Shown in pieces: positions 35,624 through 44,119 of a stretch of 64,000 nucleotides of DNA (the first letter of the stretch is position 1; each line of letters starts with the position of its first letter). The translations under genes and the position numbers were made by a program. The notes below the pieces were generated by a model, which did no database searches, was not told the origin of the DNA, and saw only the letters and a program-made list of their open reading frames with translations. The stretch covers positions 186,001 through 250,000 of IMG/VR virus record IMGVR_UViG_3300036781_000418. The stretch is one strand, 5' to 3'.

Positions 35624-35711
35624 AGCGGGGTAGAGCGTAGTTTGGTAGCGTGTTGGGCTCATAACCCAGCGTCGTAAGACCCCGGAGGTTCGAGTCCTCC
35701 TCCCGCAACCA
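35624..35711 (+). tRNA. initiator-like tRNA-fMet(CAU) with an extra arm
   Basis: 1:72 mismatch; GGG/CCC anticodon stem; CTCATAA loop; variable hairpin GTC-GTAA-GAC. Confidence 0.75.
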
Positions 35712-35718
35712 CAACAAT

Positions 35719-35844
35719 GGTCCAATAGTGTAGTAGCACGATCAACAAAAGCACATCATCATGGCGGTAGCCAAGCCTAGGAGAGCGCATCTCCCACTGA
35801 TGAAGGAGCAGGTGGAGAATCGGGACTCCTGCGTTGGATCACCA
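35719..35844 (+). ncRNA. tRNA-like RNA with a large structured central insertion
   Basis: GGTCCAA/TTGGATC-ACCA; short D arm; TCATCA/TGATGA stem; GCAGG/CCTGC T-stem with an oversized loop. Confidence 0.55.
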
Positions 35845-35849
35845 GAATT

Positions 35850-36014
35850 AAGCAACCGATAGATAACGGTTATCAGAAAGTAGCGTCGAAAGACTTGTGG
35901 GTTCGAGTCCCACCTGAGAGTCACCTAAGACGTGATGGTTTGTACTCAGTGGCGGAATTGGTAAACGCACAACTCCGGCCGCAAGGCCATCTCCGTGTCG
36001 CTCCTTTGTTGCTT
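35850..36014 (+). ncRNA. YrlA-like Y RNA (circularly permuted tRNA-Leu-like module)
   Basis: AAGCAAC/GTTGCTT outer stem; AACCG-N9-GGTTATC; then T-arm, loop-closed acceptor stem CTGAG/CTCAG, D-arm TGGCGGAATTGGTAAACGC. Confidence 0.75.
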
Positions 36015-36038
36015 TTCATAAACTAGAGGAACTTTCCC

Positions 36039-36485
36039 ATGTCAACCAAGTATGAACTCCACGTCACCACGTGGGAGTGTGATGCTGATCATCACTTGAC
36101 CAAGATTCTCGAGAATCTTAGCCGTGACGACGTTACCGCGTTCGTTGAACTGGCCAAGAAGTTCGCCTCAACACACGCCACACCACCGGGCGTCGGCAAC
36201 CACAGTGTGGCCGACGACGTGCTCGTTGAGGCGGTCCAGTCGGTGCTGACAAAGTACCCAGACGCTTACTATCTTCAGCTGCTCTTTGAACAAGACGCAC
36301 CTAAAGATTACCAAGGTGACATCAGCCTTGCTGACTTTTACTGGCAGGCCCTATGCGAGTCGCTGTTGGACTATCCAGTGATCGAGCCGTACCAAGACGA
36401 GTACCACTTTTGCCGCGTCTACTGCGTCCACAAGGTCTATGAAGTCCCAGTCGCGAAGGTCGACGTCACGGAGTGTTTCCAATGA
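36039..36485 (+). CDS. hypothetical protein
   Basis: GAGGA RBS. Confidence 0.7.
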   Translation: MSTKYELHVTTWECDADHHLTKILENLSRDDVTAFVELAKKFASTHATPPGVGNHSVADDVLVEAVQSVLTKYPDAYYLQLLFEQDAPKDYQGDISLADFYWQALCESLLDYPVIEPYQDEYHFCRVYCVHKVYEVPVAKVDVTECFQ

Positions 36486-36754
36486 GACCGCTGAACGCAC
36501 GCCAGATCGGCGAGCTTGAAGCCCGTGAGTTTCTCGGCGACGAAACGTGGAAGCGTTGGAAGATCGCGTATGACGAAGCCATGGGCTACCGCAAGACGCT
36601 GAAAGGCAAACCGACGGAGGAGCAGCTGCTGACCCTCCAGAACAACGCAATGGACATCGAGTTCTACGGCTCCGTGCTGTTCCACTCGGCGACCCTTGCA
36701 AACCGAAACATGTGCGGCTGCACTCGATGCGGCCAAGCACGACAGAACAAGTAA
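36473..36754 (+). CDS. hypothetical protein
   Basis: Likely start ATG 36482, coupled to the upstream stop. Confidence 0.55.
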   Translation: MFPMRPLNARQIGELEAREFLGDETWKRWKIAYDEAMGYRKTLKGKPTEEQLLTLQNNAMDIEFYGSVLFHSATLANRNMCGCTRCGQARQNK

Positions 36755-36881
36755 ACCGCTCGTTGTTGATTATCCCTTCCACCCTTAGGGACCTTAGTGT
36801 AACTGGTAGCATTCCGGATTGATACTCCGGGGGATGGGTTCGAATCCCTGGTCAAACTCGACGACACTTCTTTGTTTACTT
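36749..36881 (+). ncRNA. Y-type stem enclosing a near-complete tRNA-Ile(GAU)
   Basis: AAGTAAAC/GTTTACTT and GTTGTTGA/TCGACGAC stems; inner D-arm, CCGGA-TTGATAC-TCCGG, T-arm; no CCA. Confidence 0.65.
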
Positions 36882-37010
36882 CTCAAAAACGCCGGCCTTC
36901 ACGGGTCGGACCTTCGCCGAACGTGGTAGGCGTATCGCTGGCTAAATCGATTATGCGGGCGTAGCTAAGTAAAGACAACTCTTTCTAGTTATCGGACTAA
37001 ACTGGACCAT

Positions 37011-37100
37011 GGAGATATGGCTGAGAGGCTTAAGGCGACGGTTTGCTAAATCGTAGGCCCTTCACCGGGCCCGTGGGTTCGAATCCCACTATCTCCTCCA
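37011..37100 (+). tRNA. tRNA-Ser(GCU)
   Basis: ACGGT-TTGCTAA-ATCGT; long variable arm; CCA. Confidence 0.9.
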
Positions 37101-37280
37101 AACACGATGTCACGTCAGATTTTGAGAACTCCGAGGGCCGCACCTCGATAACTTGCGGTCGGTGGTCACGCCATCGTGAATAACGCGTGACGGGTTCGGC
37201 TCTACCCCAGTTAGCAAATGAGCAGGCACGGCAGGAGTCTTTAACGCATCGTTGGACGGAGGTCCATCATGTCCGCTTAT

Positions 37281-37367
37281 GGGGAGTTGGTAGCGTGGCG
37301 CTTAACCGGTTTCGAAAGCCGGCCGCCCTCTTACGGGGGCAGGGTTCGATTCCCTAACTCCCCTCCA
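37281..37367 (+). tRNA. tRNA-Ser(CGA), 8/4-type fold
   Basis: GGGGAGTT/AACTCCCC 8 bp acceptor; AGGG/CCCT 4 bp T stem; tiny D loop; CCGGT-TTCGAAA-GCCGG. Confidence 0.7.
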
Positions 37368-37380
37368 ACTTTACACCATC

Positions 37381-37680
37381 ATGAAACTTCGCTACGTTCT
37401 TCAGGCACTCAGGGACCAGCTCCCTATTCGCCGCTTCCTACGCAACTTTCTCGTGACGAGAAACGCGTGGGGCCTGTTCCACATCAACTCACACGTCGCA
37501 CAGCGCTCAGGTAAGCCTAAGGTCGGCTACCCAACGAAGGCGTCGGCGATTCGAGCTGGTGAGAATATGGGGAAGAAGACGGGCTACCACTACAGCCCGT
37601 ACAAGTGCTGCCACTGCGCCGACTTTCACATCGGTCGGAACCGCGACTCCATCGCAGCCCGACCTGAACAACGACCTTAG
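37381..37680 (+). CDS. hypothetical protein with C-terminal zinc knuckle
   Basis: YKCCHCADFHIG. Confidence 0.65.
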   Translation: MKLRYVLQALRDQLPIRRFLRNFLVTRNAWGLFHINSHVAQRSGKPKVGYPTKASAIRAGENMGKKTGYHYSPYKCCHCADFHIGRNRDSIAARPEQRP

Positions 37681-38798
37681 ACGGCCGTTGGTGTGCTTGG
37701 CGCGGCCAAGGTGGTCATAGCCGCCGAGATCTGCGTCGAACCGACGAAGCCGGTGTTGATGTACTGGAACGTCGCGCCAGCCACACCCTTAACGGCGAAG
37801 CCAGTGCTGCCGTTCGAGTAGATCGTCGAAGCCAGCGACGCGAAGGTGCCGCCGTTGGCGACCACCGCAACGTCCGCGTTCAGCGAATCGTTCGTCACGT
37901 ACATGCCTTCCACGACCAACGTGCCACCCAGCACCGAGACGGCACCAGTTGCGTTGTTGGCTTCAAGGCCGCCGTTCGACAGGTAGATCTTGCCAGACCG
38001 CATGATGATGGCGGGTGAAGCACCGCACTCGGACACGAAGTTGCGAGCGTAGCCCGACACGTTCAGCAGGTCGACGGCCGCGGTGGAACCGCTGGCGACC
38101 TTGATGTCGACATTGACCCAGTGCATTGGCGAGGCCGTGACCGAGGTGCCGTTCACGAGGATGGCGCGCTGGCCGGCGTTCTGCATGGCGATCTTGACGT
38201 TGCGCAGTTCGAGCAGTCCAGCATTGACGCCGGTCATGGTGATAGCATCACCAGCACTTGGGTTGACCATCACGTCGCACAAGCCAAGGATCGTGTTGAA
38301 CTCGTTGCCGTTCAGCGTGGTCGACGGGTTGTAGGTGACGGAGCCGTTGATCGTGGTGCCAGCACCGGTGGAACCACCGAAGCCGACGATCACGGTGCGA
38401 GGGCGTGACACGCTCACGGCACCTGAGTAGACGCCTGGAAATACGAGGATGGTTGCCAAGGCACCGTCGGCCACGACCGTCAGCGCGTTGTCATGTGCCT
38501 TCTGGATAGTCAGGAACGGCTTGGAGATCGAACCGTCACCAGTCGTGTCGTTGCCGGTCTTGGAGACGAAGATGGCGGGCGTGAACGGTGCGATCGTCGT
38601 TGGCGCGCTGCCGCCACCTTCTTCGAACTCGATCCAGGCGGTGCCGTCCCAGGTGTAGTAGGTACCAGGCGCAACGCCTTCATCCGTAATGAGGATGATG
38701 TTGCCAGGCTTGATGTCGTTTGGGTAGGTCGCGGCGAAGGAGTCGGCGCGAGCACGGGTCATCGTCTGTGGACCCTTACCAATAGCACGATAGGTCAT
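37677..38798 (-). CDS. beta-helix (pectin-lyase-like/DUF1565-type) protein, possibly structural
   Basis: IFVSKTGNDTTGDGSISKPFLTIQKA..VFPGVY; AAGGA RBS; TAAATA at 38827-38832(-). Confidence 0.7.
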   Translation of the reverse strand: MTYRAIGKGPQTMTRARADSFAATYPNDIKPGNIILITDEGVAPGTYYTWDGTAWIEFEEGGGSAPTTIAPFTPAIFVSKTGNDTTGDGSISKPFLTIQKAHDNALTVVADGALATILVFPGVYSGAVSVSRPRTVIVGFGGSTGAGTTINGSVTYNPSTTLNGNEFNTILGLCDVMVNPSAGDAITMTGVNAGLLELRNVKIAMQNAGQRAILVNGTSVTASPMHWVNVDIKVASGSTAAVDLLNVSGYARNFVSECGASPAIIMRSGKIYLSNGGLEANNATGAVSVLGGTLVVEGMYVTNDSLNADVAVVANGGTFASLASTIYSNGSTGFAVKGVAGATFQYINTGFVGSTQISAAMTTLAAPSTPTAV

Positions 38799-38906
38799 AG
38801 TGTTCCTTGTCAGGTAGTCATCCTGGTATTTAGCAAACCAACACACCAGGTTGTTCAACGTGAACCCACCCACGTACAATAGAGCAACCACCACCCAAGG
38901 AACGCT

Positions 38907-39584
38907 ATGCTGCTCGCGGCCCTAGCCCTCTCAACCACGATCTCGACCTGTTCCTGGAACAACCCAGGTGCCGATCCGTACATGGGTCGTTTTGAGGACG
39001 CGATCGACCGCTACGAGTTCATCGACGAAGACGTGCGGGCCAGGCTGAAGGCCAAGGTTGCGGCACATGAGTACGACGACATGGTGGAGATCAAGCGTGA
39101 CGAGATCCACGGACGGCAGGAGTACTCCAACGAGCTCTCCAACATGAACTTCGGCAAGGGTCGGGTCTGCGTGACGGTGGACCGGTCTGGTTGGAAGCCG
39201 GAGCACGTTGAACGTGGCCTGGTGTTCTGTGTCGACGGCACCTGCATCTTGATTCCCACGGTTTGCCGTAACGTGACCGTAATAACTCGGCTTCAACGGC
39301 TGACGGGTGGCGCCTCAGCTGGGCCGCTTGAAGGCCAGACGTTCGGTCTCGGTCCAGCTCCAGTGTCGCCACCCACCTCGCTACCGGTCGATGACGTCAC
39401 GTACGGCCTCTCGGCGACACCGGTGGGGCCGAGTACGTTTAGTTCGCCACCGATGTTGTACCAACCAATCGTCGTTCCACCGTTGCCGCCACTCACCGCG
39501 ATCCCCGTCGTGCCCGAGCCGTCCAGCCTGTGGCTGATGCTCGTCGGGCTGGCCATGATCGCGGTTCGAAAGCTCCGTCGGTAA
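38907..39584 (+). CDS. PEP-CTERM protein (MHFG-family-like)
   Basis: Signal peptide; CSWNNPGADPYMG..MNFGKGRVC..CRNV; C-terminal VPEPSSLWLMLVGLAMIAVRKLRR. Confidence 0.85.
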   Translation: MLLAALALSTTISTCSWNNPGADPYMGRFEDAIDRYEFIDEDVRARLKAKVAAHEYDDMVEIKRDEIHGRQEYSNELSNMNFGKGRVCVTVDRSGWKPEHVERGLVFCVDGTCILIPTVCRNVTVITRLQRLTGGASAGPLEGQTFGLGPAPVSPPTSLPVDDVTYGLSATPVGPSTFSSPPMLYQPIVVPPLPPLTAIPVVPEPSSLWLMLVGLAMIAVRKLRR

Positions 39585-39886
39585 TGGCCACCTACGACTC
39601 CAAGGCTGAGTGCCCGCTCTGTCGTCGTCCGCTCGGTGACGACAAGATTGAGTGGCACCACCTGACACCAAAGTCCAAGGGTGGTGAGACCACCTACCCA
39701 CTCCACGCGATCTGTCACCGCAAGATCCACGCCACCTTCAACAACGACGAGCTTGCCGCGACGTACAACACGTTCGGTGCGCTGCGGTCCCATTCAGCAA
39801 TAGACTCGTTCGTGAAGTGGGTTCGCAAGAAGGACGGCACGTTCTATGATCGGTCAGCTCCAGCCAAACGAAAGAAACGAAAATGA
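39584..39886 (+). CDS. small HNH endonuclease-like protein
   Basis: CPLCRR..EWHHLTPKSKGG..LHAICHRKIH. Confidence 0.8.
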   Translation: MATYDSKAECPLCRRPLGDDKIEWHHLTPKSKGGETTYPLHAICHRKIHATFNNDELAATYNTFGALRSHSAIDSFVKWVRKKDGTFYDRSAPAKRKKRK

Positions 39887-40185
39887 GCGACAAAAACCAG
39901 CTTGAGCCAGACGACCTTGCGATCGTGATCAAGAGCCTTACTGGCAAGTCCATCGGCAAGATAGTCACCTGCCTCCACAAGAACCCCATGGGGCCTGACC
40001 CCGTGTTCGGTGACGTGTGGCTGGTCCAGTCCTCACACGCCGACCTCATGGTCTTCGTGGACGGCACGACCTCGAACCAAGCCCACATGCCGCAGGACTG
40101 GCTGAAGAAGATTCCCAAAGACCCCATCCCGGACGATGAAGACGTCCTTGAACTTAACCCTACTAAGGAACTGGAGAACGTATGA
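39883..40185 (+). CDS. hypothetical protein
   Basis: ATGA-coupled ORF. Confidence 0.6.
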   Translation: MSDKNQLEPDDLAIVIKSLTGKSIGKIVTCLHKNPMGPDPVFGDVWLVQSSHADLMVFVDGTTSNQAHMPQDWLKKIPKDPIPDDEDVLELNPTKELENV

Positions 40186-40487
40186 TCGACCAAACAGTGA
40201 TCACGTACTACGCTATCGTCATGACGCTCAACGTCCTCAACATTGTGTTTTGGATTTGGTACGATCGTACCACGGGTGGACTGACCGACGGCGAGTTCAC
40301 AATCGGCACGTTGCTGTTGTGTATCGCGTTCTTTGCACTTGGTTGGGTGCCTATCTTGGGCTTGATCATCGTGATCATGACAACCTTTGCGGCCATCGGA
40401 ACGGCGTATGACGAAAACCTCTTGCGCTTCAAGGACTTTATCCACATGCCCATCGTGCGTAAGCGAGAACCGAAGAACCCAGATTGA
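40182..40487 (+). CDS. membrane protein
   Basis: Two to three hydrophobic segments; GGAG RBS. Confidence 0.6.
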   Translation: MIDQTVITYYAIVMTLNVLNIVFWIWYDRTTGGLTDGEFTIGTLLLCIAFFALGWVPILGLIIVIMTTFAAIGTAYDENLLRFKDFIHMPIVRKREPKNPD

Positions 40488-40598
40488 GGTTCATGAGTAG
40501 AACCCAAGGGCTTACTATGGTCAGGCGTCGACGCTAAATAGGCAGTCGATCAAGAAGATCGACGCTTTGATCTAACTTTACCTTTTTGGAGATATTTT

Positions 40599-41678
40599 AT
40601 GAAGATGCATCTGATTTTCTTGAACGACCACTCTGGCTCAATGCAGGGTATCACGCGCTACGCGATGGCTGACTACAACTCAGTCACCAAGGCCGCTGCC
40701 GACGCCGCAGCCGCCCACAACATCCCCTCGACCTTCACGACAATTTCCTTCGGCAAGTACAACGGTGGCCGCTTTGCAGGGCGTGGCTACGCACCGATGC
40801 TGGAATCCCAGTTCGTGCCGTCTGACATCGCCAAGGCCATGACGAGCTGGCCAGCCGACGGCGGCACCCCGCTGTGGGAGGCCTTGATCCTTGCGATCAA
40901 CACCGCCATGTCGGCGCCGGACTACGCCGACCCTGAAACCACCTTCAACGTCGTGCTGACGACCGACGGCCAAGCGACCGACGATTACGAGTACGGCGGC
41001 GCAGCCCAGAAGCTGATGAAGGAGTGCATCGCCACCGACCGCTGGACCTTCGTGTTCCGCGTTCCGCGTGGTGGTGCTCGTTCGATCATCCAGAAGGGTG
41101 TGGACGAAGGCAACGTGATCGAGTGGGAACAGTCCGCAAAGGGTGTCGCCGATTCGACGGCCGCCACGTCGCGTGGTATGCAGGACATGTACCTTGGTCG
41201 CACGCAAGGTGTCCGTTCGACGAAGACCTTCTACTCGAGCCTGAAGGACGTCACCTCCGCCGACGTCAAGGCCGTGCTGACGGACATCTCAAAGGAAGTC
41301 CAACTCTGGCCGGTGTCAGCACCGGAAGCTGGCACGCAGATCCGCACGTTCGTCGAGTCCCGTCTTAACGATGGCAAAGGTGGCAAGCTGCTCAAGGGTG
41401 GTGCGTTCTACCAGCTGGTGAAGACCGAGACGAAGATCCAGGACTACAAGCTCATCGCCATCCGCGACAAGACGTCCGCCTCGATCTACTGCGGTGCCGC
41501 AGCCCGTGACATGCTCGGCCTGCCGAAGTACGGTGACGTTCGCGTTGCGCCGCAGGACCACGGCAACTTCGACGTGTTCATCCAGTCAACCAGCGTGAAC
41601 CGCAAGGTCGATGCTGGCACCCAGATCATGTACTGGCCTGGTGTCGGTGTTGCGTACAAGGAGGGCGCCTCAGCCTAA
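40599..41678 (+). CDS. vWA domain protein
   Basis: FLNDHSGSM, GGTPLWEA, VLTTDG; TAAATA at 40535. Confidence 0.85.
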   Translation: MKMHLIFLNDHSGSMQGITRYAMADYNSVTKAAADAAAAHNIPSTFTTISFGKYNGGRFAGRGYAPMLESQFVPSDIAKAMTSWPADGGTPLWEALILAINTAMSAPDYADPETTFNVVLTTDGQATDDYEYGGAAQKLMKECIATDRWTFVFRVPRGGARSIIQKGVDEGNVIEWEQSAKGVADSTAATSRGMQDMYLGRTQGVRSTKTFYSSLKDVTSADVKAVLTDISKEVQLWPVSAPEAGTQIRTFVESRLNDGKGGKLLKGGAFYQLVKTETKIQDYKLIAIRDKTSASIYCGAAARDMLGLPKYGDVRVAPQDHGNFDVFIQSTSVNRKVDAGTQIMYWPGVGVAYKEGASA

Positions 41679-41740
41679 ACTGCTGGGTTACCCCAACCAA
41701 ACAAAGGGGCCTTGTGCCCCTTCTTTCATTTGAGGACAAG

Positions 41741-42241
41741 ATGGCTGGATATCACGTTACCAACATTCCGCGCGGCGAGTACGGCGAGCTCTCAAAGATC
41801 CAAGAGGAGCTGCTTGAGGCGATCGACTCCGAACACCAGGGCGTCAAGCTCATGGTGGCTCAAGAGTTGTCGGACATCATCGGCGCGATTCAAGGCTACC
41901 TGGCCAAGCACATGCCCGACACCACGCTCACCGACCTGGTGCAGATGAGTGAGGTCACCCAGCGCGCCTTCAAGGCCGGGGGTCGCACACCGAAGCCTGA
42001 GACCGATGGCACGGGCAAGTATTCAGTGTCAGACTTGATGAGTCTTACACCAGGTGCTCGAACCAAGACGCCGTTCATCGACGGCCAAGTGATCAAGTCA
42101 TCTTGGGTGCGGGCAAATCGTGAAGGCCACATTGAACTAGTCGTGTTGGAGTTGATGTCGGGCCTGCAGCTGGAACTGCTGGCGGCTGAACGCAACGACC
42201 TGCAAACCATCGGCGTGATCTTTGGAAAGGACACCGTATGA
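41741..42241 (+). CDS. MazG-like nucleotide pyrophosphohydrolase
   Basis: KIQEELLEAID..AQELSDIIGA (EExxE..ExxD). Confidence 0.65.
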   Translation: MAGYHVTNIPRGEYGELSKIQEELLEAIDSEHQGVKLMVAQELSDIIGAIQGYLAKHMPDTTLTDLVQMSEVTQRAFKAGGRTPKPETDGTGKYSVSDLMSLTPGARTKTPFIDGQVIKSSWVRANREGHIELVVLELMSGLQLELLAAERNDLQTIGVIFGKDTV

Positions 42242-42458
42242 GTCACATCAGTCGGGATATTAAGGACTTCAACGACGCGCTCGATGACGAACTGATAAAC
42301 GCCCTTGACCGCGCCATTTTTGATGAACTCATGAATGAGCAGGATTTTCCTGACCGTGAGCTTGTCATGCGAGTGTGGGACGCAACCCTGGCCAACGGCG
42401 TGCGCAACGTCTTTGACGGTCCACTGCTGTACAAAATTATCAAGTGCAAGGACGAAAA

Positions 42459-43193
42459 ATGAACACCATCGACTACTCCCTCCTGGCTGACGCCACCAAG
42501 CACTACCGTGACATGGGCTACGCGGCGATTGAGGTGCCGTGGCGCGTCTCTGTCGAGGTCTTGAACATCACCAAGCCAGCGTACGTCACCAACACGGACT
42601 ACAAGATCGAGGGTACCAACAAGGCCCTGATCGCGTCGGGTGAACAGGGCTTCATGTACCTGATGAACAAGGGCCACCTTCCACCAGGCGGCTACCAGAC
42701 CATCACGCCCTGCTTCCGCAACGAGCAGTACGACGCGACACACTCCAAGCAGTTCATGAAGTTGGAGTTGATCGAAGTGGTGGCGGAGTGCCAGGCGATC
42801 GGCCAGCACCACGTGCGAGCGCTGTTGGACGTCGTACTGAACGCCATGAAGAAGCTGGCGCCGTCGGACTACCACCGTGAACGACTGATGGTCGTGCAGC
42901 AGTCGGAGTGGGACCCGTTGGCGGTGCCCGGCACGGTGCAGCTGGACATCGAGGCTGAGTTCAACGACAAGCGCGTCGAACTTGGTTCCTTCGGTGCACG
43001 TCGCGCCCACTTCGGTGCGTGGGTCTACGGCACCGGCCTCGCTGAACCTCGGTTCTCCAAGACCATGCAGGCCCTGAGCCAACAGCAGTACCTTGAGGCC
43101 ACCGTAAATAGGAGCGATGAAACGAACGACACCCATGTACAAGCTGCTCCTCACCCTATTCTTGAGCGTCTCACTCGACGCGCAGGCACTTGA
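42459..43193 (+). CDS. stand-alone class II aminoacyl-tRNA-synthetase-like catalytic domain
   Basis: Motif 1 GYAAIEVP; LIASGEQ; motif 2 TPCFRNE..FMKLE; motif 3 ELGSFG..GTGLAEPR; no anticodon-binding domain. Confidence 0.7.
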   Translation: MNTIDYSLLADATKHYRDMGYAAIEVPWRVSVEVLNITKPAYVTNTDYKIEGTNKALIASGEQGFMYLMNKGHLPPGGYQTITPCFRNEQYDATHSKQFMKLELIEVVAECQAIGQHHVRALLDVVLNAMKKLAPSDYHRERLMVVQQSEWDPLAVPGTVQLDIEAEFNDKRVELGSFGARRAHFGAWVYGTGLAEPRFSKTMQALSQQQYLEATVNRSDETNDTHVQAAPHPILERLTRRAGT

Positions 43194-43932
43194 CGCTCCA
43201 CTGCCGCTGACGGCCTGCGTGGCGCTGACACCGTACGGTCTGCCCGTCACACAGAAGCAACGCACCACGAAGATCTGTCGCACGGGCTACGTGCTTGAGC
43301 ACGACGACGTCCACCACGTTCCAGTGTGGGTGGCGTACTCGCTCACGCCCGACCAGGCAACGGGCTGCTACCCACGTGTGAGCCACTTCGTGCCTGAGCC
43401 TGGCCTGCCACCTGGTGCGTCCGCTCAGTTAAAGGATTACGCCAAGCACGGCTACGACATCGGCCACCAGGCCAACGACTCCGACATGCGCTGGTCAAAG
43501 CTGACCGAGGAAGAGTCCAACATCTTCGCCAACGCCGCGCCACAGTTGCCCGAGTTCAACCGCGGCATCTGGAAGAAGCTTGAGGACACTACCCGTGGTT
43601 GGGCCATCAGCCGTGGCCACAAGCTTAAGGTCTACATCGCGCCCGTCGTGAACGCCCAAGACAAGGCGATCGGCGTCGACCAAGTTATTGTGCCACACGC
43701 CTTCGTGAAGGTGTTGGTTGACACCCAGACGAACGAGGTGCTGGCGTTCCTGTTCAAGCACGAGGGCTCGAAGGCCGACCTAAGCACGTTCGTGACGAGC
43801 TTGGCTGAAGCGCAGCGTCAGAGCGGCGTCATCTTCCCAGTGCCGCCGAACGCGGTCCTATCCACCACCATTTGGCCGGTGACGTTGAAGTCGAACCGCG
43901 CGGCCAAGTCCAACGTGTGCCTGTTGAAATGA
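43135..43932 (+). CDS. secreted DNA/RNA non-specific endonuclease (NucA/EndoG family)
   Basis: Signal peptide; PVWVAY, GYDIGHQA, NAAPQLPEFNRGIWKKLE, VPHAFVK. Confidence 0.88.
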   Translation: MYKLLLTLFLSVSLDAQALDAPLPLTACVALTPYGLPVTQKQRTTKICRTGYVLEHDDVHHVPVWVAYSLTPDQATGCYPRVSHFVPEPGLPPGASAQLKDYAKHGYDIGHQANDSDMRWSKLTEEESNIFANAAPQLPEFNRGIWKKLEDTTRGWAISRGHKLKVYIAPVVNAQDKAIGVDQVIVPHAFVKVLVDTQTNEVLAFLFKHEGSKADLSTFVTSLAEAQRQSGVIFPVPPNAVLSTTIWPVTLKSNRAAKSNVCLLK

Positions 43933-44119
43933 GCGGCTCTGTCTACGTCGTCATGGACCCTGGCAAGGATGGCATGCACTACCCTGACAAGATCGTCTCC
44001 ATCCATGCCGACTTCACCAAGGCCTACGAGGAACGCAAGCTCCTTCAAGACCGTCGTGAGTATGAGGACACCTTCATGGAGTACGAGCCCTACTACGTTC
44101 GTCACTGGCACCTATCATC

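Noticed and set aside
35796-35835. Second hammerhead at CTGATGA
   Set aside because: No GAAA after the potential stem II and no stem III or cleavage triplet.
29653-37514. ORF-track calls overlapping tRNAs (for example 29653-30048, 31684-32136, 34672-35274, 35179-35550)
   Set aside because: They run across tRNA or ncRNA genes and lack coding bias.
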